Origin: an uncultured Methanosarcinales archaeon
GTDB taxonomy: Archaea; Nanobdellota; Nanobdellia; Woesearchaeales; CAYVYK01
Length of the DNA: 64,000 nucleotides
Direction of reading: 5' to 3'
Assembly: GCA_964455675.1 (NCBI GenBank)
Contig: CAYVYK010000006.1
Span: forward strand, 16,356-80,355
Shown here: positions 19,172 to 28,278 of the stretch, piece after piece
How positions within the stretch are numbered: position 1 is the stretch's first letter
Layout: each line of letters opens with the position of its first letter
Notes under the pieces: generated by a model
Seen by the model: the letters and a program-made list of their open reading frames with translations, nothing else
Database searches by the model: none
Told to the model about the DNA's origin: nothing
Made by a program: the position numbers and the translations under genes

Positions 19172-20123
19172 TCAGCGCAGGACCCTGAAAGACGAGCGGC
19201 GTGTAGATCTGCGCCTCAACCGCTCCCAGCTGCATCCTTCTACCAAGCCTTTCAGGAGACGAAATACCCCCACACGCTATCAGGTCAAGGGTCAACGCAT
19301 CTCCCCTGCAAATATTCTGCACAATCCTCTGCGACGCGAGCGATTTCTCAAACAGAAGATCGCCGCTAAGTCCCCCCCGCGCACCGGCATACTCCACACT
19401 CCCCGGATGGATGGCCGTGGCATTCGAAACGACAAGACCCTTCCAGCGATGATCGGCAGCGTACGCAGCTATGTTCTCAAGCGAATCGCGGGACAAGTCC
19501 GGCGACAGTTTACAATACAATGCACGGCCACCTGCAGCAGATTTTACCGCATCCATCGTGTCCGAAACATAACGATCGAGGTGGTCACTACAGTTGGGAC
19601 AGGAGATGTTCAATTCGAAACGATCAACAGAAGGAATGTGGGCGAATCGCTCAACAACCCTCTGCAAGTAGACAAGAGCTCTTCCTTTCTCGCAATCAGG
19701 CTCGGGCGCGACGCTGACTGTCACAGGCAGGCACGGGATGCACGACTCCAGACGGTCCGCAACTCGCATAAAACCCTCGGAAGGAAGGCCCTGCCAATTC
19801 ACAATTGAGCAAGCCGAAGGATACCTCCACACACGCGGCCGAGGATTTCCCGCTCGCGCATGATACGGCACAGTTCCGACGACGGCGCGGTCAAATCCAA
19901 GCGCGCCGAGCAATCTTGGCGAAAATTCGCAGTTCTTGTTCATGCCCGCAGCGTTTGATAACGGAACGCCGCCAGCAGGAACCGATCCGAGATAAAACTT
20001 GTCCGCAGCCTTCGCAACGAATACTGCAACGGCGTGCGCGCGTTCCGCATCACCACTCGTACACGCAAAGAGGGCCTTCCTGAACACCGGATACAACTGT
20101 GCAACACCCTTAAGGAGTACCAT
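19134..20123 (-). CDS. pyrD: dihydroorotate dehydrogenase (class 2-like)
   Basis: AAGMNKNCEF...LGFDRAVVGTVPYHARAGNPRPRVWR, NISCPN, CGGISSPERLGRRMQLGAVEAQIYTPLVFQGP. Start moved to Met38 (MVLLKGVAQLYPVF) to remove a 100-nt overlap with the upstream gene. Confidence 0.8.
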   Translation of the reverse strand: MVLLKGVAQLYPVFRKALFACTSGDAERAHAVAVFVAKAADKFYLGSVPAGGVPLSNAAGMNKNCEFSPRLLGALGFDRAVVGTVPYHARAGNPRPRVWRYPSACSIVNWQGLPSEGFMRVADRLESCIPCLPVTVSVAPEPDCEKGRALVYLQRVVERFAHIPSVDRFELNISCPNCSDHLDRYVSDTMDAVKSAAGGRALYCKLSPDLSRDSLENIAAYAADHRWKGLVVSNATAIHPGSVEYAGARGGLSGDLLFEKSLASQRIVQNICRGDALTLDLIACGGISSPERLGRRMQLGAVEAQIYTPLVFQGPALISRLKSVMYPGV

Positions 20124-20134
20124 GGCACTCCCCC

Positions 20135-21208
20135 TCAAAACAATGTCTCCCGATTCAGCGGAAATGCGGTTGCGTGGCGAATATCGTTTGTCCTTAGCAC
20201 AGCCTGCGTGATCCGATTCACACCAATACCGCACCCCGCGTGACGAATCGGTTTCTCCTTGATGATATCCATGTACCAGTCAAAGCGCGACATTGCTTCA
20301 GCATGAATCTCATCGCTATCGGAATCCTTGAATTTTGATTCCTCACGGATGGATTCCTTGAGAAGACGCAGCATATCGGATTCCTCGAGGCGCCGTCTCA
20401 GCGTTGGATAGTCCTCTTCACGCTCCGCGGCACCGACAGCTTCGCCGCTAAAGGGCATCAGAAGGTCCATGCTGTTTACGATGAGTGGATCCTCACGATT
20501 GAGCCGCATGTTGAAGAACTTGATCCTCTGCGGATAGTGCGTGACAAAGAGGGGCTTGCCACCATTGAGTTTCACGAGCTCTTGCTCATGGGATGATTTC
20601 AGGTCGTCGCCAAACGATAAACCAAGATGATTGATCGCCTTCTGATAGGTTATTGATCGATATGGAGGCATGAGCGAGGAAAGATCCGCATCACCGCACA
20701 AGTGGAAGAGCTCATGACTGCAGGACGATTCTGCGCTTGCGAGCATCGAACGAATAATGTTGCTGATCTCGTGCTTTAATCGTTCAAGATCGCACTCTGC
20801 GACTTCAATCTCGAAGAGTGGAAACTCGATGAGGTGGCGATCATCTGCCTTGGTTTCCTTTCGAAAGGAGGGACCGTAGCAGTACGTTTTCTCAAACCGC
20901 TCCATAAACGCCTCGAGCATGAGCTGACCGGTTTGATTTAAGTACGCGGCCTCTCCAAAAAGATCGGTCTTGAAGAGCGTTGAAAAATTCTCGCACGCGC
21001 CGGTTGCCTTCGTAAGATGCGGAATCAGCACAAGCTGATAGCCATGACTTTCGCAATATCTCACCGCGCCGCTGATCAATGCTGCTTCCACCCTCGCGAT
21101 CATTGCAGACTCTTCAGTAATCAGTCTCCTTCCTAACGGAGCTTCAAGTACTTGACTAATGGCTTGTTTCATGGTTTCATCCCTCCCAGAGCTTCCGCTA
21201 GAAAACAA
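20135..21208 (-). CDS. class II aaRS-like catalytic core without anticodon-binding domain (archaeal AsnA-type asparagine synthetase candidate)
   Basis: Motif 2 SFRKE, motif 3 GCGIGVNRITQ, class IIb SGEAVGAAERE; 357 aa with no N-terminal OB domain. Confidence 0.55.
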   Translation of the reverse strand: MFSSGSSGRDETMKQAISQVLEAPLGRRLITEESAMIARVEAALISGAVRYCESHGYQLVLIPHLTKATGACENFSTLFKTDLFGEAAYLNQTGQLMLEAFMERFEKTYCYGPSFRKETKADDRHLIEFPLFEIEVAECDLERLKHEISNIIRSMLASAESSCSHELFHLCGDADLSSLMPPYRSITYQKAINHLGLSFGDDLKSSHEQELVKLNGGKPLFVTHYPQRIKFFNMRLNREDPLIVNSMDLLMPFSGEAVGAAEREEDYPTLRRRLEESDMLRLLKESIREESKFKDSDSDEIHAEAMSRFDWYMDIIKEKPIRHAGCGIGVNRITQAVLRTNDIRHATAFPLNRETLF

Positions 21209-21501
21209 ATCCCCCTAGCGAGAAGCCTGCAGAGCTTTTTACTGCAGGAAATACATCTGAGAGCGTGAAATCTTCGGGATATTATGGGAGAATGTATGCA
21301 AATGAAGCGCAGTGTCTTGAATTCCGTCGGTGAGAATTGTCTTCAAGGTACGCATATCAACCCTGAAGTGAAATAAAAAATTTCTGGAATTTAAATAGTT
21401 TATCGTGATTCATCAGTGGTTTTCGGAGGCAACATTCCTCTGATGTGGTGTCCCAATGAGAGACTCTCCTCATAACCTCTTCGTGTACTTTGGGTTCACG
21501 A

Positions 21502-21903
21502 TTATTCCACGATAACTCGTCCAATCATCCCTGGATGGAAATTGCAGTGATACTCGTACGTTCCCGGCTGCTCAAACGTGAAGGACCATTCCTCTCCCTG
21601 AGGGAGTATCGGGCTGTCGAGGATGAGATCTGCGGTCGTTACTGTGTGATCTTCCTCATCAAGCTGGATCCACCTCACAGTATCGCCAACCTTGATATTT
21701 ACGGAGTTTGGCGTGTATTTGAACTCATTGATCTGAACATAAGTCGTATATGCTTGTGTAGCAGTGGGAGCTGCCTCAAGAGTCGGCGTCGCCAGAATCT
21801 GGACTGTAGGCTCTGGAACACTTTGGATCTGCTCACCTGCGCATCCTGCAACAACAAGGAGCATCATCAAACTGATAACATGAATTTTCTGCACATGAAC
21901 CAC
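21502..21903 (-). CDS. cupredoxin (plastocyanin/halocyanin-like blue copper protein), probable lipoprotein
   Basis: Signal peptide + VVAGCAG lipobox-like; copper ligands H (EDHTV), C-x2-H-x2-M (YHCNFHPGM). Confidence 0.7.
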   Translation of the reverse strand: MVHVQKIHVISLMMLLVVAGCAGEQIQSVPEPTVQILATPTLEAAPTATQAYTTYVQINEFKYTPNSVNIKVGDTVRWIQLDEEDHTVTTADLILDSPILPQGEEWSFTFEQPGTYEYHCNFHPGMIGRVIVE

Positions 21904-21904
21904 C

Positions 21905-22129
21905 TCACGAAGAGAGAACTCGCTTCATCTTCATAAATTCTTCGTGTGACAGCTCGCCCTTGGCGTACCTTTCCTTTAAGATGTGCATAGCATCCTTACC
22001 TTCCTGCGGCACGACAGTACGAGACCTGTCTACGAGCCAAACAATCAACCATATCAAGGCACCCCAAAAGAGGATCATGCCAAGCCATCCAACGATGCCA
22101 TACTGATAGTATCCCATCATAAGTATCAC
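21905..22129 (-). CDS. SHOCT-domain small membrane protein
   Basis: One TM helix plus C-terminal ERYAKGELSHEEFMKMKRVL (SHOCT motif). Confidence 0.5.
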   Translation of the reverse strand: MILMMGYYQYGIVGWLGMILFWGALIWLIVWLVDRSRTVVPQEGKDAMHILKERYAKGELSHEEFMKMKRVLSS

Positions 22130-22161
22130 CCAGGACTATTCATGAGATAAGGCATTTAATC

Positions 22162-23028
22162 CTATACCTTTCTATTGCATACCATCCTTAATCGAACATT
22201 CGAGCCTGGATTCCAAAACTCGGGAACGAGGTAACCATTTCTTTTCAGTAGAGGCCTATGAGGATGCATGGCTCCATGGAAATCCGAGCCATACGTCACA
22301 AGCATTCCCTTGCTTTTCGCATATGCCATGAAGGGATTATTTTTCTCGCCGTAGTTTGGCTGGTTCTCGATGCCATCGATACCGAGAGCCACCAGTTTCT
22401 CAAGTTCTGCCATATCATCAATATCCTTGAAAGGATGGGCGAGGACCGCGATACCACCTGTTGCATGAATCACACGAATAACTTCTGGCGGGGAGAGCTC
22501 AGGAAGGTCGCGAGCCTTTCCGCTAGTTGGACGCATGTACAAGTTGAAGACTTCCTCGGAACTCACGCTACCAATATACTCTCTGCACTCTGGGTCATGC
22601 ATCATCGTCATGATCGTGTTCATTTTTCCGAGGCGCGAATGGGGAAACATCGCTTTTACCTTTTCAAGCGATATCGGAACGCCCATCCCTTGAATGATAT
22701 CAATCCGGCGTTCCACAATTCGCTCCTGGCATCTGCGTGAATATTCTAGCATCTCCTGAAACCGCATATCACGGATGTCCATGCCATACGCAAGAATATG
22801 GTAATCAGGCGTCGATATTTCTGCGGCTGGTACTATCGTTAGCCCCCAAGCCTCTGCAGCCTTCCGTGCTTCATCAACTCCTCGAGTTGTATCATGATCT
22901 GCGATCGCTAGCGCCTCAGTACCGAGCATGGCTGCGTCACGGACGATCTGCTCTGGTGGGCAAGTACCGTCGGAATATAGTGTGTGCGTGTGCAAGTCAG
23001 CGTGTTTCATTTTGATCACCATATCCAT
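22162..23028 (-). CDS. PHP-domain metal-dependent phosphoesterase
   Basis: HTHTLYSDGT...AIADHD...HPF motif set of the PHP fold. Confidence 0.7.
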   Translation of the reverse strand: MDMVIKMKHADLHTHTLYSDGTCPPEQIVRDAAMLGTEALAIADHDTTRGVDEARKAAEAWGLTIVPAAEISTPDYHILAYGMDIRDMRFQEMLEYSRRCQERIVERRIDIIQGMGVPISLEKVKAMFPHSRLGKMNTIMTMMHDPECREYIGSVSSEEVFNLYMRPTSGKARDLPELSPPEVIRVIHATGGIAVLAHPFKDIDDMAELEKLVALGIDGIENQPNYGEKNNPFMAYAKSKGMLVTYGSDFHGAMHPHRPLLKRNGYLVPEFWNPGSNVRLRMVCNRKV

Positions 23029-23083
23029 AGTATCGTAGCATAAGATTTATATATATCTGATATAATTTATATTATTCATATCA

Positions 23084-23986
23084 ATGAAACGACGACTGAT
23101 TCAGCAGGCAGGACGAGCACTTACGGTAACCCTTCCCATCGAATGGCTCAGGCACAACAACCTTTCGGCGGGAGACGAGATCGAACTAGACCTGCTCGAG
23201 AACAACATACTCATCCGCTCGGGAAAGAAGGTGCGCGGCGGGAACCTGAAGCTCAAGCTTGCAGGTCATCCACCGCGCCTTCAATTCCTTTTTCTCAATG
23301 CCGCATACGCACGAGGTATTGATGAAGTCAGTCTCGAGACAAAGGGGTTCACTCCGGGCCTAGACCAAAACATCGGGTATGCACTCATTTCACAACAACC
23401 CGATGAGCTGATTATCCGGGACGTGTCAGGGATCTCAAGCCAGAATCTCGACGAGGTGTTCAAGCGAGTGTTCCAAATGCTGATGGCGTTCCTCGACGCC
23501 GCGTACGAGGGAATCTTTGGTAACAGAAAGGAAACAATCGAGAATGTTCAGAAGCAAGACTATGAGATCAATAAGTTTGTTCTGTTCCTGGAACGTGCGA
23601 TCATGAAACACCGTCTCCCAGATGACGCCGAGGGAAAGATACTGTTTGCGTACTCCTACGCTCTTGAAACAATCGGCGACGAAATACTGCGTGCATGGCG
23701 GGTGAGAATCAACCATCCCCTTAAACATAACAAAAAAATTCGAGACATTGCGGAATTCTCAAGAGAGACACTCCATCTTGCATTCGACCTCTACTACCAC
23801 ACCACGCCTGAACGAGTTGCTGAACTTATGAAACTCCGCGAAAAAATCAGGAGCACGGCGGCAACGATGAAAACACTCGACACATGGAGCGCCGAGTTGC
23901 TCATGCACCTCTTAAAAATTTCCGAAGACGCATACGACATCACCCACCTTGCGCTTCTCCGTAGCCTTGGAAAAGAAACGCAGTAA
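23084..23986 (+). CDS. AbrB/SpoVT N-terminal domain + PhoU-like domain protein (archaeal PhoU homolog)
   Basis: N-terminal RALTVTLPIEWLRHNNLSAGDEIELDL swapped-hairpin motif; helical PhoU-like repeats with IGDEILRAW. Confidence 0.5.
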   Translation: MKRRLIQQAGRALTVTLPIEWLRHNNLSAGDEIELDLLENNILIRSGKKVRGGNLKLKLAGHPPRLQFLFLNAAYARGIDEVSLETKGFTPGLDQNIGYALISQQPDELIIRDVSGISSQNLDEVFKRVFQMLMAFLDAAYEGIFGNRKETIENVQKQDYEINKFVLFLERAIMKHRLPDDAEGKILFAYSYALETIGDEILRAWRVRINHPLKHNKKIRDIAEFSRETLHLAFDLYYHTTPERVAELMKLREKIRSTAATMKTLDTWSAELLMHLLKISEDAYDITHLALLRSLGKETQ

Positions 23987-24053
23987 TTCGTACGGAATGG
24001 TGACTACGCACATTTATAACTTTTTTATTTCGCATCCTAGCGGGGTGATATGG

Positions 24054-25157
24054 ATGCTAACACCAGAGCAGATAATCGGCATAGTACACCAAAGCATGAT
24101 CAGGAATGATACCGGGCACAACACACAGGAACTTCTCGATAGCGGAGAAGTGCCGCGACTGAGAGGGTACACTGTGCGACCTGGTAAGGTGTCTGACTCC
24201 ATATTTGGCGGCGAATTTGCATTCAAGAGAGGGGCCGAGGTCGTCCATGCGGAAAATCCGCCGCTTACCGACAGAGACGGAACACCTGTACGCATCATGG
24301 TACGTACCGACCGAATTTCAACGCATGACATCATCCGCGGGACCATTCCATTCAAAGACCAAGTGCTTGCGGCAAACCATCACGCAATGCTCCAACTGGC
24401 GGAGCCATATATCGGATCATCCCAATACACTATTCCAGGACTTACCAATACGAGCGTTGTCATCGCTGCAGAAGACCTTATTCCCATACCACTCGAAATG
24501 GTGCTCCGCGCGTATATGGCAAAAAGCACGACGGAAACGTCACTGTACCAGCACTGGATGCGCGGAGAGGGCGAATTCTGCGGACACGCACTACCAGAGT
24601 GGCTCATCCCGAATGGACCGTTGCCCTACATCATGGACACTCCTTCAACCAAGTCCGAGGAGCATGATGAGTCACTATCAGCCGAGGATCTTGTTACACG
24701 AGGGATCTGCACACACGAAGAGTACGTACAGATCCGTAATGGCGCACTTGCCGCGTATGGGGCGGTAAGCCAATTCCTTCGCAGCAGAGGAATCATCCTC
24801 GTTGACACGAAGACCGAGCATGGAACGGACCGCGATGGCAGAATCACTGGCATGGACGAGATGTTCACGATGGACTCCTCAAGATTCTGGCTGTCAGAAG
24901 ACTATGCTCAACAGTACGCAAAATTCGAGCGCGGCGAAATCGAGGAGATTAATCCACGATCCTTCAGCAAGGAATTTGCGCGAGGATTCTCGCAAGGCAA
25001 GGATGGGTACACCGATGAGCAACGATCCCAAATTGCAGTGCGGTATATCCAGGGTATCCAGCACCTACTTGGCATCCCTTTCCAGCCCGACGAGCGGCCA
25101 CGCGACGAACGCGTAGTCACTAGCCTGCAGACCGTTGTTGATTACCTAGGGATATAA
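24054..25157 (+). CDS. purC: SAICAR synthetase (long form)
   Basis: RVMVRTDRISTHD (cf. ATDRISAFD), ATP-grasp-like core. Start set at Met36 (MLTPEQ), preceded by GGGGTGAT. Provided ORF start 23949 overlaps the upstream gene. Confidence 0.65.
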   Translation: MLTPEQIIGIVHQSMIRNDTGHNTQELLDSGEVPRLRGYTVRPGKVSDSIFGGEFAFKRGAEVVHAENPPLTDRDGTPVRIMVRTDRISTHDIIRGTIPFKDQVLAANHHAMLQLAEPYIGSSQYTIPGLTNTSVVIAAEDLIPIPLEMVLRAYMAKSTTETSLYQHWMRGEGEFCGHALPEWLIPNGPLPYIMDTPSTKSEEHDESLSAEDLVTRGICTHEEYVQIRNGALAAYGAVSQFLRSRGIILVDTKTEHGTDRDGRITGMDEMFTMDSSRFWLSEDYAQQYAKFERGEIEEINPRSFSKEFARGFSQGKDGYTDEQRSQIAVRYIQGIQHLLGIPFQPDERPRDERVVTSLQTVVDYLGI

Positions 25158-25227
25158 GACCGAAGAAAATAAATACCACCAATTCCAAAACGCTAAGTAA
25201 CAATACCATTAGGGGGGTGAATTACCA

Positions 25228-25575
25228 ATGGTTAAGAAAGAATTGAATGTTGTAGGAAGGATAGCGTTCATCATAGGTGTAATCCTGGCAGTACTGTCCG
25301 GATTCATGAGCCTTGGAACCACCTGGATAACCATCCTCATCCTGCTCGGATTGATAGTTGGATTCCTCAACATCACTGAGGGAGAATCGAAGACCTACGT
25401 CCTTATGGCCGTGGCGCTTGTCATCGTGTCAGGATTCTCAGCAGACATCCTGAAGACTGTCGCTGTTGTTGGACCATACCTTGGCAACATGTTCAGCGGC
25501 ATCATTGCCTTCATCACGCCGGCGACAATCGTCGTGGGTCTCAAGGCAATCTACAGCATGGCGAAGGACGAATAA
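25228..25575 (+). CDS. small membrane protein (3 TM)
   Basis: 115 aa, three hydrophobic helices; followed by hairpin GAAGGAC-N6-GTCCTTC + T7 run. Confidence 0.5.
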   Translation: MVKKELNVVGRIAFIIGVILAVLSGFMSLGTTWITILILLGLIVGFLNITEGESKTYVLMAVALVIVSGFSADILKTVAVVGPYLGNMFSGIIAFITPATIVVGLKAIYSMAKDE

Positions 25576-25600
25576 GTCCTTCTTTTTTTCTTCATTTTTT
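25563..25600 (+). terminator. hairpin plus T-run terminator
   Basis: 7-bp stem GAAGGAC/GTCCTTC spanning the stop codon, then TTTTTTT. Confidence 0.45.
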
Positions 25601-25640
25601 CTCTTCTCAAAATTTCTACGATGGATTACTCTGCTGCGCC

Positions 25641-25990
25641 TTATAGTGCGACAAGAACACCTGACATTCCGCAAAAGAAGTATGCACTCCTGCAGTCAGG
25701 CACGAGCTTCCTAATCTTGGACAGCTGGCGACGAGCTTTTGAAATGCGATAGCTGCACTTCACCTCATAGATGTCCACAGCGCCATCCTTTATTCCCACG
25801 AGGTCAATCTCCGCAACCCTGCGGTTACGCTCAGAATATAACGGGACATTCGTCAGAACAAGATCATACTCCCTTCTTACAACGTCGCAGAGTTCAGCAA
25901 CATACCGATCGTGTTTGGTCGGCTTTTTGGGATTCGTTTTTACACCCTTGGGAGGGTCGTCGTTGTGTAAAAACCGCTATTGATATACAT
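25641..25990 (-). pseudogene. Hjc-like PD-(D/E)xK nuclease (Holliday-junction-resolvase family) with reading frame broken at a T5 run
   Basis: Frame B (25641..25976) encodes ...DRYVAELCDVVRREYDLVLTNV...AEIDLVGIKDGAVDIYEVKCSYR (D...ExK core, Hjc-like spacing) but has no start codon. An ATG at 25990 in the -1 frame gives MYINSGF then a stop. One extra T in GGTTTTTA would fuse the two frames. Confidence 0.45.
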
Positions 25991-26064
25991 ATGGGTATAT
26001 CACTATAATAAATTTGTGCTTATAAAATATATATCTTCATGAAGATCGAATTTGCATATGGACT

Positions 26065-28155
26065 TTATACACCATGAATTATCTTCAGAATGGAATCCCC
26101 ATACCGCTGGACCTTCACAGGGCCCATTCCCTGGATAGCCATCAGTTCCTCAGATGTAGAAGGCTTTGAGTCGGCAATCTCCATAAGAGTGCGGTCGTGC
26201 AAGATCATGTACGGGGCGATGCGATGCGTCTTTGCAAGGAGCAAGCGCCACTCCTTCAAACGCCTGAGCAGATCGCCACTTGCGGTTGCGCTGATCTTCA
26301 CCTGATTCTGCGACGCGGCATGCGGCGTTTTGCCTATCATGCGTAGCATCTCAGGAGTAATATACTTTGTCAGGTTGTTCCCCGTATAGGTGAGTAGAAG
26401 GGATTCTTTTGCCCGTGATATCGCGACATAGAATAATCTACGCTCTTCCTCCTCACGATCATAATCATCAATCTTGACCATGCTTACGACCGGATGGTCC
26501 TGGGCTTTGCATGGAAAATTCTGCGACGTACAGCCCATGACGATCACACGCATCGCCTCCATGCCCTTGATTGCGTGAATCGTTGCGAGCGTCACATTAC
26601 TCTCCTTAGTAAGCACGGTGCTTCTCACATCCTCGGTACGCAAAGCGTGACCAATACCCCTCATCCTCAGGACGGCAGACAGGTCAAGCAATTGCCGGTT
26701 CGTGCGAGCAAGGACGAACAATGACACATCCTTGGAGCCAGCAACCTCCTGTACGACTGTGTTCATCTCGTCTGCATCATCACTGCACTTCTGCAGATCC
26801 ACACGGCTTTGCATGATCCCTCTCCCCTCAAGATCTGGAAGGCGCATTGGCGCAATGGACTGATTCATCAGGTCTACGATCTTCTGAGCGGAACGATAAT
26901 TCTTTGTGAGGCAGACAATTTCCGCATCAGGATATTTCTCCGGAAACGACAGAATGTATCCTATCTTTGATCCGCGCCAGCCAAAGATGGACTGCCTTGG
27001 ATCACCGACACAAAAAATATTCGGCGCACGGAGAAGATCAAGGAGCTCAATCTGCGAAGAATTCACGTCTTGATACTCATCGACGAGCACGTGATCAAAC
27101 GAAGGGACAAGATCAGGGAATCGCTTGAATAGACGCAGCGCGTCCATGATCTGGTCGGTGTAATCACGAAGGCCGGATACTTTCATCCGCTCATCCATGT
27201 CTATGCAGATGTCAAAGATAGCCTTTGCGCGAGCCGCCTCATCCTTTGGAGCGCCACGAGAAAAATCATCGAGCGGCTCGTTCCTTGCCTTGAAATAATC
27301 AAGGATGAAAAAACAGTCGTGAAGCAGGGTCCAAGCAAGCACTTCATCGGTTTTCTGCCGACGCTGGATTGAAGAGAAGTAGACATCAAGCGCCTGTTCC
27401 ATCGTCAATCCATGCCTTGCCAACGCCGCCAGGAGAAGCTGCATTTTTTCCCTTGCACTGATGACTCGGACTGATCGTTCGTAGATACGACTTCCATACC
27501 TCTTGAGGATCTTCTCGCAAAACGAATTAAACGTCTCCACGTGGACGGGCAAGTTCTTCAACCGTGACATCATTTCCTCTCGAGCTTTTCTGGTAAAAGT
27601 TACCGCGAGAATCCTGTCAGGAGGAACAGACTTGTATGTCGCAAGGTATTCGATGCGCTTTGTGAGGACCGTTGTCTTTCCGGATCCTGCACCTGCGATA
27701 CAGAGAATCGACTTGGCAGGCGAGATGATCGCTTTTTTTTGGGCGTCATCATACGAACCAAGAAAAAAATCCAGTGCGGAAAAAATCCGGTGATCCTCAT
27801 CGGTAATCACCGGGCTACACAAAGTGTACGTAAGGGAAGCCTTTTTTTCATGCAATGTGGGAGACGTGATCTCAGCGCGACCGCGTTCAGTGATCTTCAG
27901 CACCTTCACGAAACGATTTGACGGCAGGGGCACTGACTCAATCATACCATTCAAGAGCAGGCGGTCAAGGAGCGCATCGAGCTCACGCTCATCATACGCA
28001 AGTGCACCAAACGACTGCAGGCGCTGAAAGGCGTGCTTTCTTACAGATTCGCTAGCATCACCCCGGAGGATATCGAACAATAACCTTTTACCAACAGAAA
28101 ACGGAAGCTCACCAATTGCCTTGAGCATCCAGACGTGGTCGGTGGGGGAGGGCAT
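26065..28155 (-). CDS. UvrD/PcrA-family SF1 helicase with N-terminal winged-helix region and C-terminal HRDC domain
   Basis: Walker A CIAGAGSGKTTVL, helicase motifs (VDEYQD, VGDPRQSIF, TKNYRS, TIHAIKGME), C-terminal HRDC-like HRIAPYMILHDRTLMEIADSKPSTSEELMAIQGMGPVKVQRYG. Confidence 0.8.
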   Translation of the reverse strand: MPSPTDHVWMLKAIGELPFSVGKRLLFDILRGDASESVRKHAFQRLQSFGALAYDERELDALLDRLLLNGMIESVPLPSNRFVKVLKITERGRAEITSPTLHEKKASLTYTLCSPVITDEDHRIFSALDFFLGSYDDAQKKAIISPAKSILCIAGAGSGKTTVLTKRIEYLATYKSVPPDRILAVTFTRKAREEMMSRLKNLPVHVETFNSFCEKILKRYGSRIYERSVRVISAREKMQLLLAALARHGLTMEQALDVYFSSIQRRQKTDEVLAWTLLHDCFFILDYFKARNEPLDDFSRGAPKDEAARAKAIFDICIDMDERMKVSGLRDYTDQIMDALRLFKRFPDLVPSFDHVLVDEYQDVNSSQIELLDLLRAPNIFCVGDPRQSIFGWRGSKIGYILSFPEKYPDAEIVCLTKNYRSAQKIVDLMNQSIAPMRLPDLEGRGIMQSRVDLQKCSDDADEMNTVVQEVAGSKDVSLFVLARTNRQLLDLSAVLRMRGIGHALRTEDVRSTVLTKESNVTLATIHAIKGMEAMRVIVMGCTSQNFPCKAQDHPVVSMVKIDDYDREEEERRLFYVAISRAKESLLLTYTGNNLTKYITPEMLRMIGKTPHAASQNQVKISATASGDLLRRLKEWRLLLAKTHRIAPYMILHDRTLMEIADSKPSTSEELMAIQGMGPVKVQRYGDSILKIIHGV

Positions 28156-28278
28156 GCCCAGTAGGGTCGAAAGCGCTTTAATAAGCCTTGCGCAGGGACT
28201 TTAGGAAATTCCTGCAGAATTCTTGCTTCCTTAACAACTTTTATATATCAACGCACTTGCAAAAATTGCGGTGATCAG

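Noticed and set aside
18840-19808. 322-aa Arg-rich ORF on the plus strand
   Set aside because: It is antisense to the well-supported pyrD gene and has extreme Arg/Ser/Thr low-complexity composition typical of a GC-rich antisense frame.
23949-24053. N-terminal extension of purC (MRFSVALEKK...) from the provided ORF
   Set aside because: It overlaps the 3' end of the upstream PhoU-like gene by 38 nt and has no SD. The internal Met at 24054 has a GGGGTGAT ribosome-binding site and gives a canonical PurC N-terminus.
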